Shown here: positions 27,980 through 43,600 of the stretch, one piece after another
How the letters are laid out: every line of letters begins with the position of its first letter
How positions within the stretch are numbered: position 1 is the first letter of the stretch
Assembly (NCBI GenBank): GCA_964057225.1
Contig: OZ059899.1
Coordinates: 5,580,001-5,644,000 of the forward strand
Reading direction: 5' to 3'
Length of the DNA stretch: 64,000 nt
Source of the DNA: Auanema rhodensis
Taxonomy: Eukaryota; Animalia; Nematoda
Notes under the pieces: model-generated
Database searches by the model: none
Told to the model about the DNA's origin: nothing
What the model saw: only the letters and a program-made list of their open reading frames with translations
Made by a program: the position numbers and the translations under genes

Positions 27980-29900
27980 TGGCGCGTTTTCTCATAGTAA
28001 TATGGTTAATGTGTTAACCGCCGTTTTCTCAAGCTATGGCTTTTTTCAGTTCGTTTTAATCTATACCATCTTGTTTTGCTGTACAATTACCCAGATATTG
28101 CTAATCGTTGACAGAAAACATTGGTAAACTTTTTCTCATCTGCTGACTCTCATTATACAGCAAACTCATTATAACTTTGAGCCACCTGCGTTTTCTCATT
28201 ATAAAAGAGAATACCGTCTAAGATATACATCTTATTATATGCCTCTGGTCAAACTTATATGCGTATTAGTCTGAGAGGAATACCAAAGTGCACATTCTTT
28301 GTCTTTTTTTCTGTCGTATATGTCATCACCCTTGTAAGTCAATTCGAACAAAAACTATATATTTCCCAATGGCACAGAGCTCATCTGTAGTCAATCCTTT
28401 ATTTTTCCGATCCTCTCTAGTCACTCTCCTACTCATCTGATCATTAGCATATCTTCTGTCCTTTGACCCTGTTAAATAACTGTCCGTCTTGTATTGATTC
28501 ATTAGACTTTTTTGAATCGTTGTCCTTTGTCTTATTTAGGCATTTCATTCCTTCTTTTCGTTTACTTTTTTCACCTTTTAACAGATTTTTTATAAGTTAA
28601 AAACGCCTACAAGGCCAGATTCTCATTAGATTAATTCTATCCCAAGAGCATCACCCAGGTGTTCTAGTTTCAATAATGTTTTGTTTTGTTTTGTTATGTT
28701 TGTTTGCAATCATTTTTTCTGATCATATTCAATTTTCTTAATCCATCTATCATACTCATGATCCTATTTGTTGATCAACACAGCTGTTTAGCATGTTTGT
28801 ACATATGCGACCCTTATCTCGAACAAGTAAAGTTAAATAAATAAAACAGTGCCAAAATTGAGTCTTCCATTTATTTTTTCAAACATTTTGTCTTGAGTTA
28901 ATAGTTCTGTTTGTAAATCAATTCATTTGTATATCTTATAGGTTTTCAATACCATAGTATACATAGTGATAGAGCTTATTATGACTAGTGTTCTGCTTTC
29001 AAGGATGTTTTCATCTGATTCAAATTTTGGCTTTTTCTCATGGTTTTAGTTTTTCCAATTCTATCCTGTGGTTGTCTCTCTTCCGCGTTCCCAACCTTTA
29101 CAAGATGAATAATATGATATTGGCGACGATGGTGATTGACAACTGAGCTGGCGATTGACTTTTTCATTTGTACCAAGTCTTCGCCTACCCATTGCAGTCC
29201 CCTATAGTGAGTGTCCTTAAAAATAATCATACTCTGGTGACTATCAGCCCAGTAAACCATTCTTTTTGTTACTGAAGTGCGTTTTCAAGGCAGTTCCAAG
29301 GTTAAACATGGATGCTATATCATCAGCTTGCTTTCACTACTTTTCTTTTTCGCAGCTAATCTCGTTGTTTCATGGACTCTACATGTCGTTTCAAGTACGA
29401 ATTGGATTGAAAACTCCTTGTATCACATGCTCCTTTTTCTTCTCTGGCTCTAAGCGAAATGCTTAATATATTTTTATTGTTATCTTGATTCATGTTATTT
29501 CTAACATTCTCAGATTGGTTTAGCATTTTTAAGAACCATGATTGCAAACTATGTGCAGCGAGTCTATTTTCAAGATTGATAACATGCAATGGACGAATTG
29601 ATAATTATGATCTTGTATAAATCCCAGTTATTTTCTCAATTTGCCTTCGGAGTAAAAATATTTATACATATACCAACATCATTATATGCCGGAATTGGGG
29701 TAGTCATGATATTTAAATGCTTCCAACTATCTTAAAATGTTTGATTCCTGTCGTCTGACTCTACTTAATCCATATGACTCTGAATCTTTTCTTAGTCTAG
29801 TATTTTCCGGCTCATTGAAAATCAACGATGTTTTTATTCGTTGTCGAACCATCCTTTTCGTATACAGTGTTTTTCATTTCCGTCCTATATATATTACAGT
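27980..29900 (-). mobile_element. Possible highly decayed transposable-element remnant
   Basis: The minus strand is A/purine-rich with broken intron-less ORF fragments (28985-29260, 29356-29589), and clustered short repeats lie at the left edge. No diagnostic RT, integrase or transposase motif was recognised. Confidence 0.25.
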
Positions 29901-32262
29901 ATACAATGTTCTTTTTGCACATTAGAACTCAAGTGACCGACATGTAACGTATTCTCTTATATATGTTACTAATGTTTCTTAAGCTATCCTAACATATTGG
30001 TCTCCTCAAAATTTTATTTTATTAGGATGTTTTTCAATTTAATTAGTTTAAAACTTGTTTTTTAACTATTTTTCTTCAAATATTTTTTAATCATATGATG
30101 ATTTTTTTTTAAATATTAAAATATAGTGACATTTTTTTTGTTTTTTGATAGGATCACTCTATGTTGTAATTGGGCTTACATACCTTTGTGACAGCTTGAA
30201 CGTTGCACTAAGGCTTTCGTGAAGAGATTATTTGTTCTCTCAACTCTTCTACGATAAGCCACCCTGACCTGCTGAGTTATGGCCTTATCGTGATCCATTT
30301 TCCAACCACTTGCGAGATTTATGGGCATTAGTAACCTGACTTATTCAGTTAGTATCACCTTGGCATCTAATTGATCTTATCTTTTATTTGTTACTGAAAT
30401 TCTTTAGCACCTCGTGTTATCATTATTTTACAGCTTTATTACCGATAAGGACACCTATTTTCATTCGAATTTACTCTGATTCATGTCGAGGTGTTTGGAT
30501 CGTTACTTTTGACTCACTTATTTTTCTTTATTTCTTCTTAAGAATAGTTTTTTGCATGCAGTTTTTTCTCGTATGTTACTTTCAATCTTCCTCGTGCCTT
30601 TATCCATTCAGCCCAGTTGTTCGTCGTTTCGTTGCGCAACCTCCGAAATTGGCGTGAGGGGAGGGACAAAGACGTTTCTATGATTACTTTGTTCTTTGCT
30701 TATTTCTCTTCTTACGCAATGCCACCAACCTTAATCCTCAGCATGTAGTAAGTAGCTGTGAGAAGTTGTCATGTTACTAACTAGAATATTCCACTAATAC
30801 TTGGTTTCGCCTAAATATTATATTTTGATATAGATTGTGAACATTGTCTGTTTCGTTAAGCCCACTGGCTTAATTGTTCATAAAATCTTTCTCTGTTTAG
30901 AGATGTTTTACTGTTTTCGTGGTTGTATAATTCTATTATGAGATCTATATATTGGATTGTTTATTGAGAACAGCTTTATACTAATTTAGCCAAATCACTC
31001 CAGTGAGAACAATATTGGTCTTGGGCTAATGTTTCAGTATTTCCGGCTTTCTTACTATCTGCTTTTTAAGATTTCCAGCAGTTGTTTCGGAATGATGCGA
31101 TAGTTATCCAGCATCTCTCTCATCTAGTGTCCATGTGTTTAGCAGCTTGTCTATAAGTCAACTGTCTCTTTACCTCTTTCATCAATTCTCACTGAATTCT
31201 TTGATTTATTCGACCTCATTCGATATGCTCTCTGTCTTCGAGACTTGTTCAGCTGGTTTTTGATATTTTTTCAACGTCTTTATTTCTCTTCTATAAAATT
31301 TTATCAGCTGCTTCTTTTCTTATAAAAGACATTATTGTTTTCTTAATTGCTTTACTAAACATCTGAAAACGATTTATTTACTGAAATATTGGTTTATTTC
31401 ATTGTGCCACATTGTCAATTTGCTTAAACTATGTGAAATTCCTTTTCATTCCGCATGCCTCATCATATCTTCAAAACTTATTACACATGTTACGTTTTGA
31501 AAATGAAATTTGATTCTTTTCTCCCACACTTTCATTTCTTCACCTGATTAGTTTATGCCCTATGCGTTTGTGTAACTGATACTAAGTTTTTTTTTTCATA
31601 TAGTATATTGTTGCCATCATCATATTCCATTATGTTTAGAATATTTCAAGTTTCTGTTATATATAACCACTTGTGCTCACTTTCTTATTTCATGCTGGAT
31701 GATTGTATTGAAGAGGGTGATAAGAGCATATAGATACTCCTCTCTGTTTGTTTGGAGGTCTCATCATCACATCCCTTCTTTATGTCTTTCGCATTTTTCT
31801 ACCAAAAAAATACAATACTAGGAATTTTTGATGTAAGTGGTTGATGAACTTATCACCATTTTTCCTAATATTCCGTAAATGTAAATATTTTTTTTTCAAA
31901 TTTTCACGATTATCAAGTTAATGACTTCAAACGGTTACAGATTCACAAGTTTTATAAAATTATTGTAGTTTTATGTTTTTAAAAATGTCTCATCTCAAGT
32001 TGTGATAAGAAATTCAGCTTTTATTAAGCAAATACTAATGTTGTAACCGCTTGGGAATCTGATCTTCTCTAGGGCATCTTTTTTCTTTTTTCTCTGATTT
32101 CGCTGCCGTAAAGAAGCTTTGTCGGCTTTTTATTCAATTGGAGTCGCTTGTCTTGAATATGTTTATCTCGTTGCCTTGTCTGCGTTTATTATATTTAAGA
32201 AATTTCTTTCAGAATCTCATTCTTCTATGTGAACGATCAGATTAGAGCGATTCTGGTGTAAA

Positions 32263-34687
32263 ATGCTTATACTTCTAATCTTGTCTCTAAATTTCCATTT
32301 ATGTTTTACTCATTTCAACTTGTTAATAAGTAAAACTGAAATGAACAGAACTCTAGGTTTGCGTTTTTCGATATTTTCAAATCATGATACTATTTCTAGG
32401 TTTAAATGCCGAAATGAGCTATATAGAAAATGGTATTGCTAATGCATATTCTACTAAATTTCCTCTCCGAGTTAATTCTGATATTAACTATGTGACATTT
32501 TCTTGGAGTTCAACTGCTTCCGTAATTTACGCAATCCGGATTGAATCAGAGGATACAAATGTGGTGCCCGTTCTTAGAATTCCGAATCATGGAACAGTTC
32601 CCCATATAAGTCAAAACTTTGTCGTTGAGTATAGATGCGCTGGATATCGTTCTGGACAATTTATTGTTTCCATGTATTTCAATTTTACTATACAGGTTAG
32701 TTTATCCGGTATTTATGATTCTGACTGCTCTATTTAGAATGGTGATTCTATGTCAGTGAGATTGAGACAAGAGAAGTTATGTACTTCTAGAGATGGAAGA
32801 CGAGGATTAGCATGTAAATCAATATTGAATTTAAATTTTTCATAAAGATGTTTTAGACATGGTATCGGGAGTTGAAGGAATAGAACCGGAGACGGTTGAT
32901 GCTACCGAAAAAGTATTTTATTTAATAATTGGTAAGAAACGATATATCAGTTATTATTACAATAATAAATTCAGCTGTTGCCTTCCTATTCTTACTTGTT
33001 ATTGGAATTCTTTTGTTCACCTATTTTCGAAAATCAAAGAAAGATGTTCCATGTTCTACACCTCGTTCTCGGACTCCCATATGTCGATTACCGTATATCT
33101 TTTTTATAATTTCAATCATAATGTTCTATGTTTCAGGGCATCTTTTCGTTCATCTATTCGAACCGCTCGTTCGGGTGTTTCTGCACAACCTTTTTTAACC
33201 TCAACGCCCGTGAAAGATGGTTTGTTTGAATTGAATTTGATCTTTTCAACTGGCTTTGTTACAGGACAATGTTCCTCTGGCTCTTTACTCGCTACATCAT
33301 CCGTTTCATCAAGTACTTTTGCATCCACTAAGGAAGCACATATTGTGAAAGATAAACCTTCAAATGTATATCATCTCGTGTATAAAATATGAATAATTAT
33401 TTTTCTAGGTGGATGTTCGAAAAGCTTTAGTATCCCTTCACGCTGATAGAGAACTTTTTCAAATGTTACCATTTATCGACATGGAAGGTATGAGGCTTCA
33501 GTAACTTTGTTTGTAAATGATAACATTCAGGAACATTTGGCGAAGTTCGATTTGCTATTTGGAGGCAAACTGAAGATCCTACCAACGGAGACGTAGATGA
33601 CGAAGAAGATGCTTTATGCACTGATGAACCTGTTATGTGTAAAACTTTGAAGAAAAATGCTTCACCTATTCAACTAGAAAAATTTTTACAAGAAGCACTC
33701 TCGTTGCACAAAGCTCCACCTCACGCCAATCTAGCACAGGTGGACAAAAAATTGATAGTCTCTGACTTTTTAAATATTTTTTCAGGTTTCTTGTGCAGCT
33801 TCGTTTGGTAGATTCGACAATCCTTCATCGATCAATGATTTACCTCTTATTTGTTACCGCCATCGTGGATTTGGCATTCTCAAAAAGTTCTTGTTAAATT
33901 GTCGAACGGGAGATAAACATAAAGGTTAGAGATAACTCCATATTCTGATCTCATTTCTTATTCAGGTGCTCACTTTTTGAGAACCCATGAGTTGGCTTCT
34001 ATAGCTTTACAGTTAAGTAGAGCTATGGCACATCTGCATAAATTTTATATTTTGCACAAAGATATTGCAGCCAGGTTGTAGTGTAGAAGTTTATGATATA
34101 ATCATATTTGTTTTCAGAAATTGTGTGATTTCGGAAAATGGAAATCGTTTAACTGTACAATTATGCGATAATGCCTTGTCTCGTGATATTTATCCCTCTG
34201 ACTATCACTGTATAGGGGATAACGAAAATCGGCCATTGAAATGGATGAGCCCTGAAGCCATACAAGATAGGAAATATACCAGTGCAAGTGACGTGGTTAG
34301 TCTTAATTTAATAATGATATATTATGTTACAAAACTTAATTATATAAAAATTCTGAAAAAATGATTGCTTCCGCTATGTTAACCTATAAATTTAGTGGTC
34401 TTTCGGTGTACTCTGTTGGGAGCTAATGTCATTAGCTGCCGTCCCGTTCCCGGATATAGGTAATTTTCCGTTGATAATTTTAATATCAAGGTAATATTTC
34501 AGATGCTGATGATATGCTGTCTGCTTTAAAGAGAGGCGCTCGTTTACCTCAACCGGGTAACTGTCCCGATCAGTTGTATAATATTATGTATTGCTGCTGG
34601 CATGATGTAGTGCGAGACCGGCCTACGGCTGATCAAATTACTTTAGCATTGCAGGAATTTGCGGTAACTCTGAATCAATTCATATAA
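32263..34687 (+). CDS. lin-18: RYK/Derailed-family Wnt receptor pseudokinase (LIN-18)
   Basis: Signal peptide MLILLILSLNFHLCFT, WIF-like ectodomain (LNAEMSYIENG...FSWSS...VEYRCAG), a TM helix (AVAFLFLLVIGILLFTYF) and a kinase domain with HKDIAARNC and LCDNALSRDIYPSDYHCIGDNENRPLKWM. DNA in place of DFG is the RYK signature. Ends ...LNQFI* at 34687. Confidence 0.92.
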
Positions 34688-36111
34688 CTATTAAAAAACC
34701 AATTATTTATATCTATTATATCTATATTTTCGATATTTCGTTATTGTAATTGAGCTATTGTTATGTACGGGTATTACATATATAGTCTAGATTTCTATTT
34801 TCACGTTTTATCTTTTCTAATCTTGAGTACATAGATCTCCGTTTGGCATGTTATGAACATTATTGATATTTTCGGTGCTTCTTTCACATAATATCCGTAA
34901 TAAATAATGACTAATAATATAAAATTTATCCTTAATTTCGTTAAATTGATTGAACAACCCAACAAATACCATAGAAAAGTACTCACCTTTGCGTGACTAC
35001 TTAATCGTTGTTAGCGTAAGCGACAAGTTCGTTTTTATATAATAGTTGCTCTTTTATTGAAACAATTGTCCCCGAAGACTGGTGAGATTGCACGAAAGGG
35101 TCACATTGAAAGATTCTGCTGAAATAATAAAATACAAAGAGCAACAACATCTTCATGAAAACTCAGCAACTCGTTCAAAAACGACAATGGAACGCAAACA
35201 AATGGATTTGAAACTTAAAATATTAGAAAAATACCAGCTCGAAATTCAGATTGTAGAATTTAATAAAGACTCCGTTTAAACATTTTAGATTAGAAAAACA
35301 AATAAAGAGAAAAAGGGATTATCTGAGAAGATAGATAAGGAAGAAGAGTTATTATTGAACGTTGAGTTTTATGCAGACTTCAGACAGACAACCTCCTTTG
35401 GAACTACAACTATTGATGTTTGGCTGAGTCATTTTTCCAGTCTTCTTACGTTAAAAATTGACCAGAGCCAATGTGAATTAGATGAGAAGTATTCGAAAAA
35501 AAATCATAGCCACAGATCCAGCCGAGAAGAAGACTGGTCCTTATGTTTGATATATAGCAAAGAGAATATGTCGGAGCTAGAGATCACTTCTTCACAACTG
35601 GTATAAACTAGATGCTGGCCGCTCCCCTATTTATTTAATCTTCGAAGTGTAATCAGCTTTGATAAGAAATATTTCGAGATTATCTCACTAATTACCTATC
35701 CTAATTTAAAAAATACAATATTACCAAGTAAAACGTACATTTTCAATAGCATTTATTAAATCCTAATGAATATAATTGTGGGCATACCGTATATTGTTCT
35801 TATTTCATTGATATTCTCTCAATAATCTTGCAACTCATTCTTGACCGTGTACAAAAATCATTACAAATAATGAACAAAAGTCTAGTCAGTGGCCGTAAGT
35901 TTTTTTTAGCTCATGAATTTCAAACGCAGTATATGAGAATAAGAGGGCAACTGGCTTATAAAAGGTGAGAGAATAGTTGTCCGACTGTTAGTTGTTGACA
36001 AATGGCTCTGTGTTCAATGTAAACAAACTGAAACGAGCCAAGGACAGTTGGACTATTTAAGGGCCGATCAATCTTCGAAGTGGTCGTCTCAGGTGTTCTC
36101 CAGCTAAAACG

Positions 36112-37028
36112 ATGATTCCTCGATCTGTCTTTTCGACTTTGCTCGTGCTAGGACTATCAGTTTTAGTATGTTGCTAATTTTCGAAATTGAACTCTTAGCC
36201 TAATATTGCAGGCATTATGCAACCAGGAGCAGGGTTCCAACGGTTACGGATTTACCACTGCACTGCAGTGCAAGTAAATTTTTCTTTTCAAATTTAGAGA
36301 AACTAATGTTAATGTTTTAGATGTTCAGACCTTGAGCAGTGTTCAGCTGAATTAACAGCTAAAACCAATGCTTGTAAAACTAATGCTCAATGCATGTCTT
36401 ACCTTGCTAAAATCGGAGACAGCAAAAAAATTGAAGCATGCTTAGAACAAGATCATCAGGTTTGCTTGCTCGTTTCAAAAAGATCATTAATTCTATAATT
36501 AATTCAGGTTATGCTGAAACTCGAGAATTGCGCCAAACAAAAGTTGAATGGTGAACTCGGCTGCACCAATTCTCCAAATCCACAAAACTTGACTATTCCT
36601 TTGATTCCAGTAGTTGAAGTCCCACAAATGGATGGGGAAGTCTCAGACGCTCAAGTGAGTTGAATAAAGGATTCACATTAAAATATTTCCAATTTTAGCA
36701 GCAGCCACCAAGCCAACCACAGGGACCACCAGAACTCAATCTGTATCTTAGATGCGTTGATGAATGTAGTATGGCCGATATGGAAGTAATTCCCGGAAGA
36801 AGAAAGAAGAGAAGCCCAGTTAATTGTGCTTTCAAATTGAAGTAACGGAATAATTCAAATTTTCGATGCTTAATAGTGAATTTCAGATGTGCTTTAGCTC
36901 CTCCAACTCCACAAATTCAGCAAGCCTATGCAACATGTGAGAAAGAATTATCAATTGACCCAGCCACACGCATGAGCCAGTCTTGCAATTGCCTGAAATC
37001 TGCTGGTGTTCAATCTCTACAATGCTAA
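36112..37028 (+). CDS. Secreted cysteine-rich protein of unknown function (probably a nematode-specific family)
   Basis: Multi-exon frame absent from the ORF track: MIPRSVFSTLLVLGLSVL-ALCNQEQG...QCKCSDLEQC...CVDECSMADMEVIPGRRKKRSPVNCAFKLKCAL...SCNCLKSAGVQSLQC*. It has a signal peptide, 16 further Cys and GT-AG introns of about 45 nt. TATAAAAG lies at 35957 and a CAG acceptor at 36103. Confidence 0.8.
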
Positions 37029-37400
37029 TATCTGTATATATCGCTTACAATGAATATATCAATTTTTCACAATATTGCAACATAAATATATTTCAAATAA
37101 TAAAAAGCAACAATACTTTCTGAAGCAATGCAATCGAATTATTTCAATAAGATTTTAACATTGTATTGTTAAATATAATTTTCCGTAGTTATTGATTGTT
37201 TGAAAGGCATTTTTATATTTTATAAATATCTTATGTTATATAAAAATAATAAACTCAATTTTTGTATTAAGTAATCAATCAAACTTCAAAATTTGAACTT
37301 ACCCCGAAAAATGTGCCAGTGTTTCAATTTTTTCTGCTGACGCATTGGTGAGGTATAGCCTGAGTCCGAACAAAATAAGTTCGAACATAATAAACTTTCG

Positions 37401-39763
<2,363 letters not shown>

Positions 39764-39851
39764 TGATCTCTTTTTCGTAATAATGAAGTTCATATATTTT
39801 ATTTTCCTAACAACATAACAAATAAACACTAAAGCGAAAATATAACACAAT

Positions 39852-40458
39852 CTATACTCCGAAGAATTCTCCTATCTTAGTACGATCTCTATTTACAAAT
39901 TTACTGTTCAGGTTAATTTTCTCTTGCTGTTGTTTGGCCTTATCAATTTCTAGTTCTTCTTCATCTTTATGGAAGATATCAGGGTATGCAAACTCAAAAT
40001 CTTTTTTCTGAAAATCAAAATTTAGAAAAGATAAAGATAGAGATAGACCAACCATAAAAACAAATGCAAATTTTTTATCTTCGTCTTTCCACATAGCCCG
40101 TTTATAACGATAATCAGCTTGAGTATTCCACGTTATATCTCCCATTTGAACCTAGCATAAACTGCATACAGATGCAATAAAAATAATGGATACCTCTGTT
40201 CTGATATCACGAACAGGTAACTTATAAATTTTGGTCAAATATTCGTTTATGTCATGCTTAGACATTCTGCAAAAAAAAATATTTATCAAAATAAACAGAT
40301 TCAAAATACCTAGGATCGACTTGAAATTTTACACAATTTTTCGGTAGCTTGGTTCTGCCGACATTAGGAGTACTGACGGGGAAGAGCCAAAAATCAGGTA
40401 AATACACCCTCCTCTGCGGATTTCCCGGCTGCCAGAGACGAGCAAGTCTGGTCGTCAT
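39852..40458 (-). CDS. mrpl-23: Mitochondrial ribosomal protein L23
   Basis: MTTRLARLWQPGNPQRRVYLPDFW...VKFQVDPRMSKHDINEYLTKIYKLPVRDIRTEVQMGD...KDEDKKFAFV...FAYPDIF, a typical metazoan MRPL23 sequence. An AG lies immediately before the ATG. Confidence 0.9.
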
Positions 40459-40637
40459 CTAGTACACATCAATTACTAGTGAATGAAAAAAAAACAATTC
40501 GAAGATACGAGGATGAAATACCATGAAAACTAGAAAAAGTAACTTCTTAACAGATTTTATACTAATGTTATCATGTAATAATACTAATAAATTAAACCCA
40601 TACATGAAAAAAACAATTAATTATTTAGTAAGGGTAA

Positions 40638-43600
40638 TCACAGTTCTTGATGAGAGTCAACTTTCTCAGTTTCAGGCTGGTTTTCTTGAGCGATAACATT
40701 TTTAATCTCTTGGTCGTAATCTTTCCATTCAGGAATAATTCTAGAGGCAGAATCAAGTTTAGGCTCCTTGGTTTGGGGATTATTACACTTAAATTTAATG
40801 TTCTCATAACAAAATACTCAATTTGTTTACCAGATCAATGGTTTTAGCACTGCTCTTTGAGCTATTGTCACACCAGGTCTCGCACCAAAGCCATTCTTGG
40901 GGTAAAGATTTAATTTTAACTTGATGAATCATGTTATTAGGTAAATCCTGAAAAAATAAACATAATAGTAAAAAGTAAAGGATTATACCTGATCTAGGTT
41001 GCTCAAACTATTAGGATCACTGCTTAATCCTTGATACTGCCCACGAAGTCTATCACCAGCGGCAATTTGCCGGAATTTATGCAGATCAATAACATACAGA
41101 GCACTGTAAACACATATAACAAGCAAAAAATTTCAGAACTAAACCTAATATGATATCTACGTCCAGCTAGGTGATTAGCCCAATAACCTTGCTTCCAGAA
41201 TCGATAGCCATCCATTTCCTTGCGCGATTCGCAAAAAGGTACATAACTTGAATGAAAAAACATTACCAAAATAGCAAATTAGATGCAAACCCATAAGGAG
41301 CTCCACCGAGATCCAATTCCATGAGTTCCATGAGATCAGCCCGAACAACTTGATCAGCGTCAACAAAAATAACCTTCTGCACATCAAGAGGAAACAGTAC
41401 ATCCAAGAATAAGATCTGTTAAGAATTAATATAAAATAATAACAAATACAACAAAAATACTTTGTATCCCCACATAATACGATGTTTCTCTTTTTGTTGG
41501 TGAAGCCATCTTGGCCATTTATATTCAATTAATTCGTATTTAAAGCCATAATGTTCAGCCATAATAGGTAATGTGTCCTGATATAAGCTTATTATAATAT
41601 AATATCATAAATTTTCAAACCTTGAATTGAGGTGAAAGATAATTCTTCAATAGCCAGAACTTTACTGGATGTTTAGTATTTTTCATAACTGATACAATCA
41701 TAATGCGCATAAATCTCTCATACAAATGACCAGAGGCCAAAGAGAAGACATTGATAGTTTCGTGTTTCTCTCCGACAAGGCTGAAGAAGTAAACTTATGA
41801 GAGCCAAAAAAAAGTTATACCTGTTACTAAGTGTGTTCCAGATTCCACCTTCTTCGGCGTCATCAGACAACAAGTTACGCTCTTCCATACCCTCTTTCTT
41901 TGACACACGCAATCGAATAACACGTCCAGTAAATGAATCTTCAAAACATAAGTATAATTACTTAATAGTAAAATAATATAGTAACTTACCAATCAAAACC
42001 GATACTGCATTATCTATTTCGCCTTCAGTATTTGTATGACTGGAGACATCGTAAATTTCCTTGGATCTTCCTTCACGTAGTCTTAATTGCCACGATCCTG
42101 GGTTAGCCTATGCAAAATATTGATAATATGAGGAGAAATAAAAAAAAATATAATACCTTAAGTTGGAAATATCCCAGATTTGCCATTACAATAGTATCAA
42201 ATTGAGATGGATTATTTGGCGTACCAAGTACAAATTGAAGTCCACGAGGGGGGGAGCCAGAGACATCATCGAAACAATGTCCTTCGAGAAGAATATGTTC
42301 AAGAGAGAAAACAGCATTTACAGAATCAGTAACCTTAAATTAAAAATTAGTTCCAATCAAACGAATGAGTAACATACTTGTTCCATTTTAATATTGTCAA
42401 GATCATATTGTGCGTATGTATTTTCAATCATCCATGCTTCTGGTGAATGAACGGATAAAGTTAATAACTGTTTGGATGGTAGGTTTGTAAATCTAGAAAA
42501 AAATTATTGAGATATACAATGATAAAAATATAACACCTCGCAATAGAAGGAGCAACGTTGCCATTATGATCAAATTGAATTTCAGAGCTAACAACATATC
42601 TGTAGAACCGTTTCAATGGAAGTTCACTGAGCTTTGGTTTCGGATTCATGACAATTTTCAAGTCACAGTTAATTGACTTTCTTAATACTTCCAAAATAGG
42701 TGCTAACTTTTGTGCAGAACGTGAAAGTGGGTCTACGATAGCAACAACGTCCATGGTAGCTCGTTTTGGATCATCGGCAACAAGAGTGACTGAGCTAAAA
42801 TTCACAATAGTACTCATTATAATTACTAAACCTACCTATATTCATCTCCACTCAAAACAACCCATGTTCTCTTTTTCGCAACGGAGTATTTTCCAATAAG
42901 AGAAGCTGATCTCATCACAACATCAGAAGATTTTCCATTGGATTTTTCGACTTCCCATTTATCAACGTGTGATGCAATCACAGTAGATCCTCGGGAATTC
43001 AACATTTTCTCCAATAAAGCGAAATCGGCAGCAGCAAACTTCTCTTCTTGATCAAGAGGTCCGATAATGAGGCCATTTGCAACAATAGCACGATCTCCAG
43101 GTTTCATGTCCAAAGATGTAGAAGCAAACCTAGATAATAGTTTGACGTAGTATTTGCTTGGAAAAATTAAAAAAGTACTTTTGCTCCATTCTGATTTTAT
43201 CGCAATTAAGAAGCTTCTTTTCTTTTTTGAAGTTAGCAATATTCATGCCACCAACAGCAATATCATCAATAGTTTGTTTTCCAGAGGTGATAGCTGTAAC
43301 AAACTCTTCCTGCAACAAGAAAAAAAGTACAAAATCTTGGATCAAAGAATAAACGAACCTTAACAAGTTTGGTTATCAGTTGTTTGGCTTGATTATGAGG
43401 CAATAACCGGTATGCAGAATGTACTAAGAAAGAAATACTATTTTCAGCACAAGCTTTTTCTATATCAAGAGGATTCATAATAAGAGCCATCTGAAAATGA
43501 TTATTCAGTTTTATAAACAGATTGATAACATACTCGAGAGGTTTTACTTGATTTCAAATGCTTGAAACTGTTATAAACCATCTCTCTTCCTTCTTTAGTC

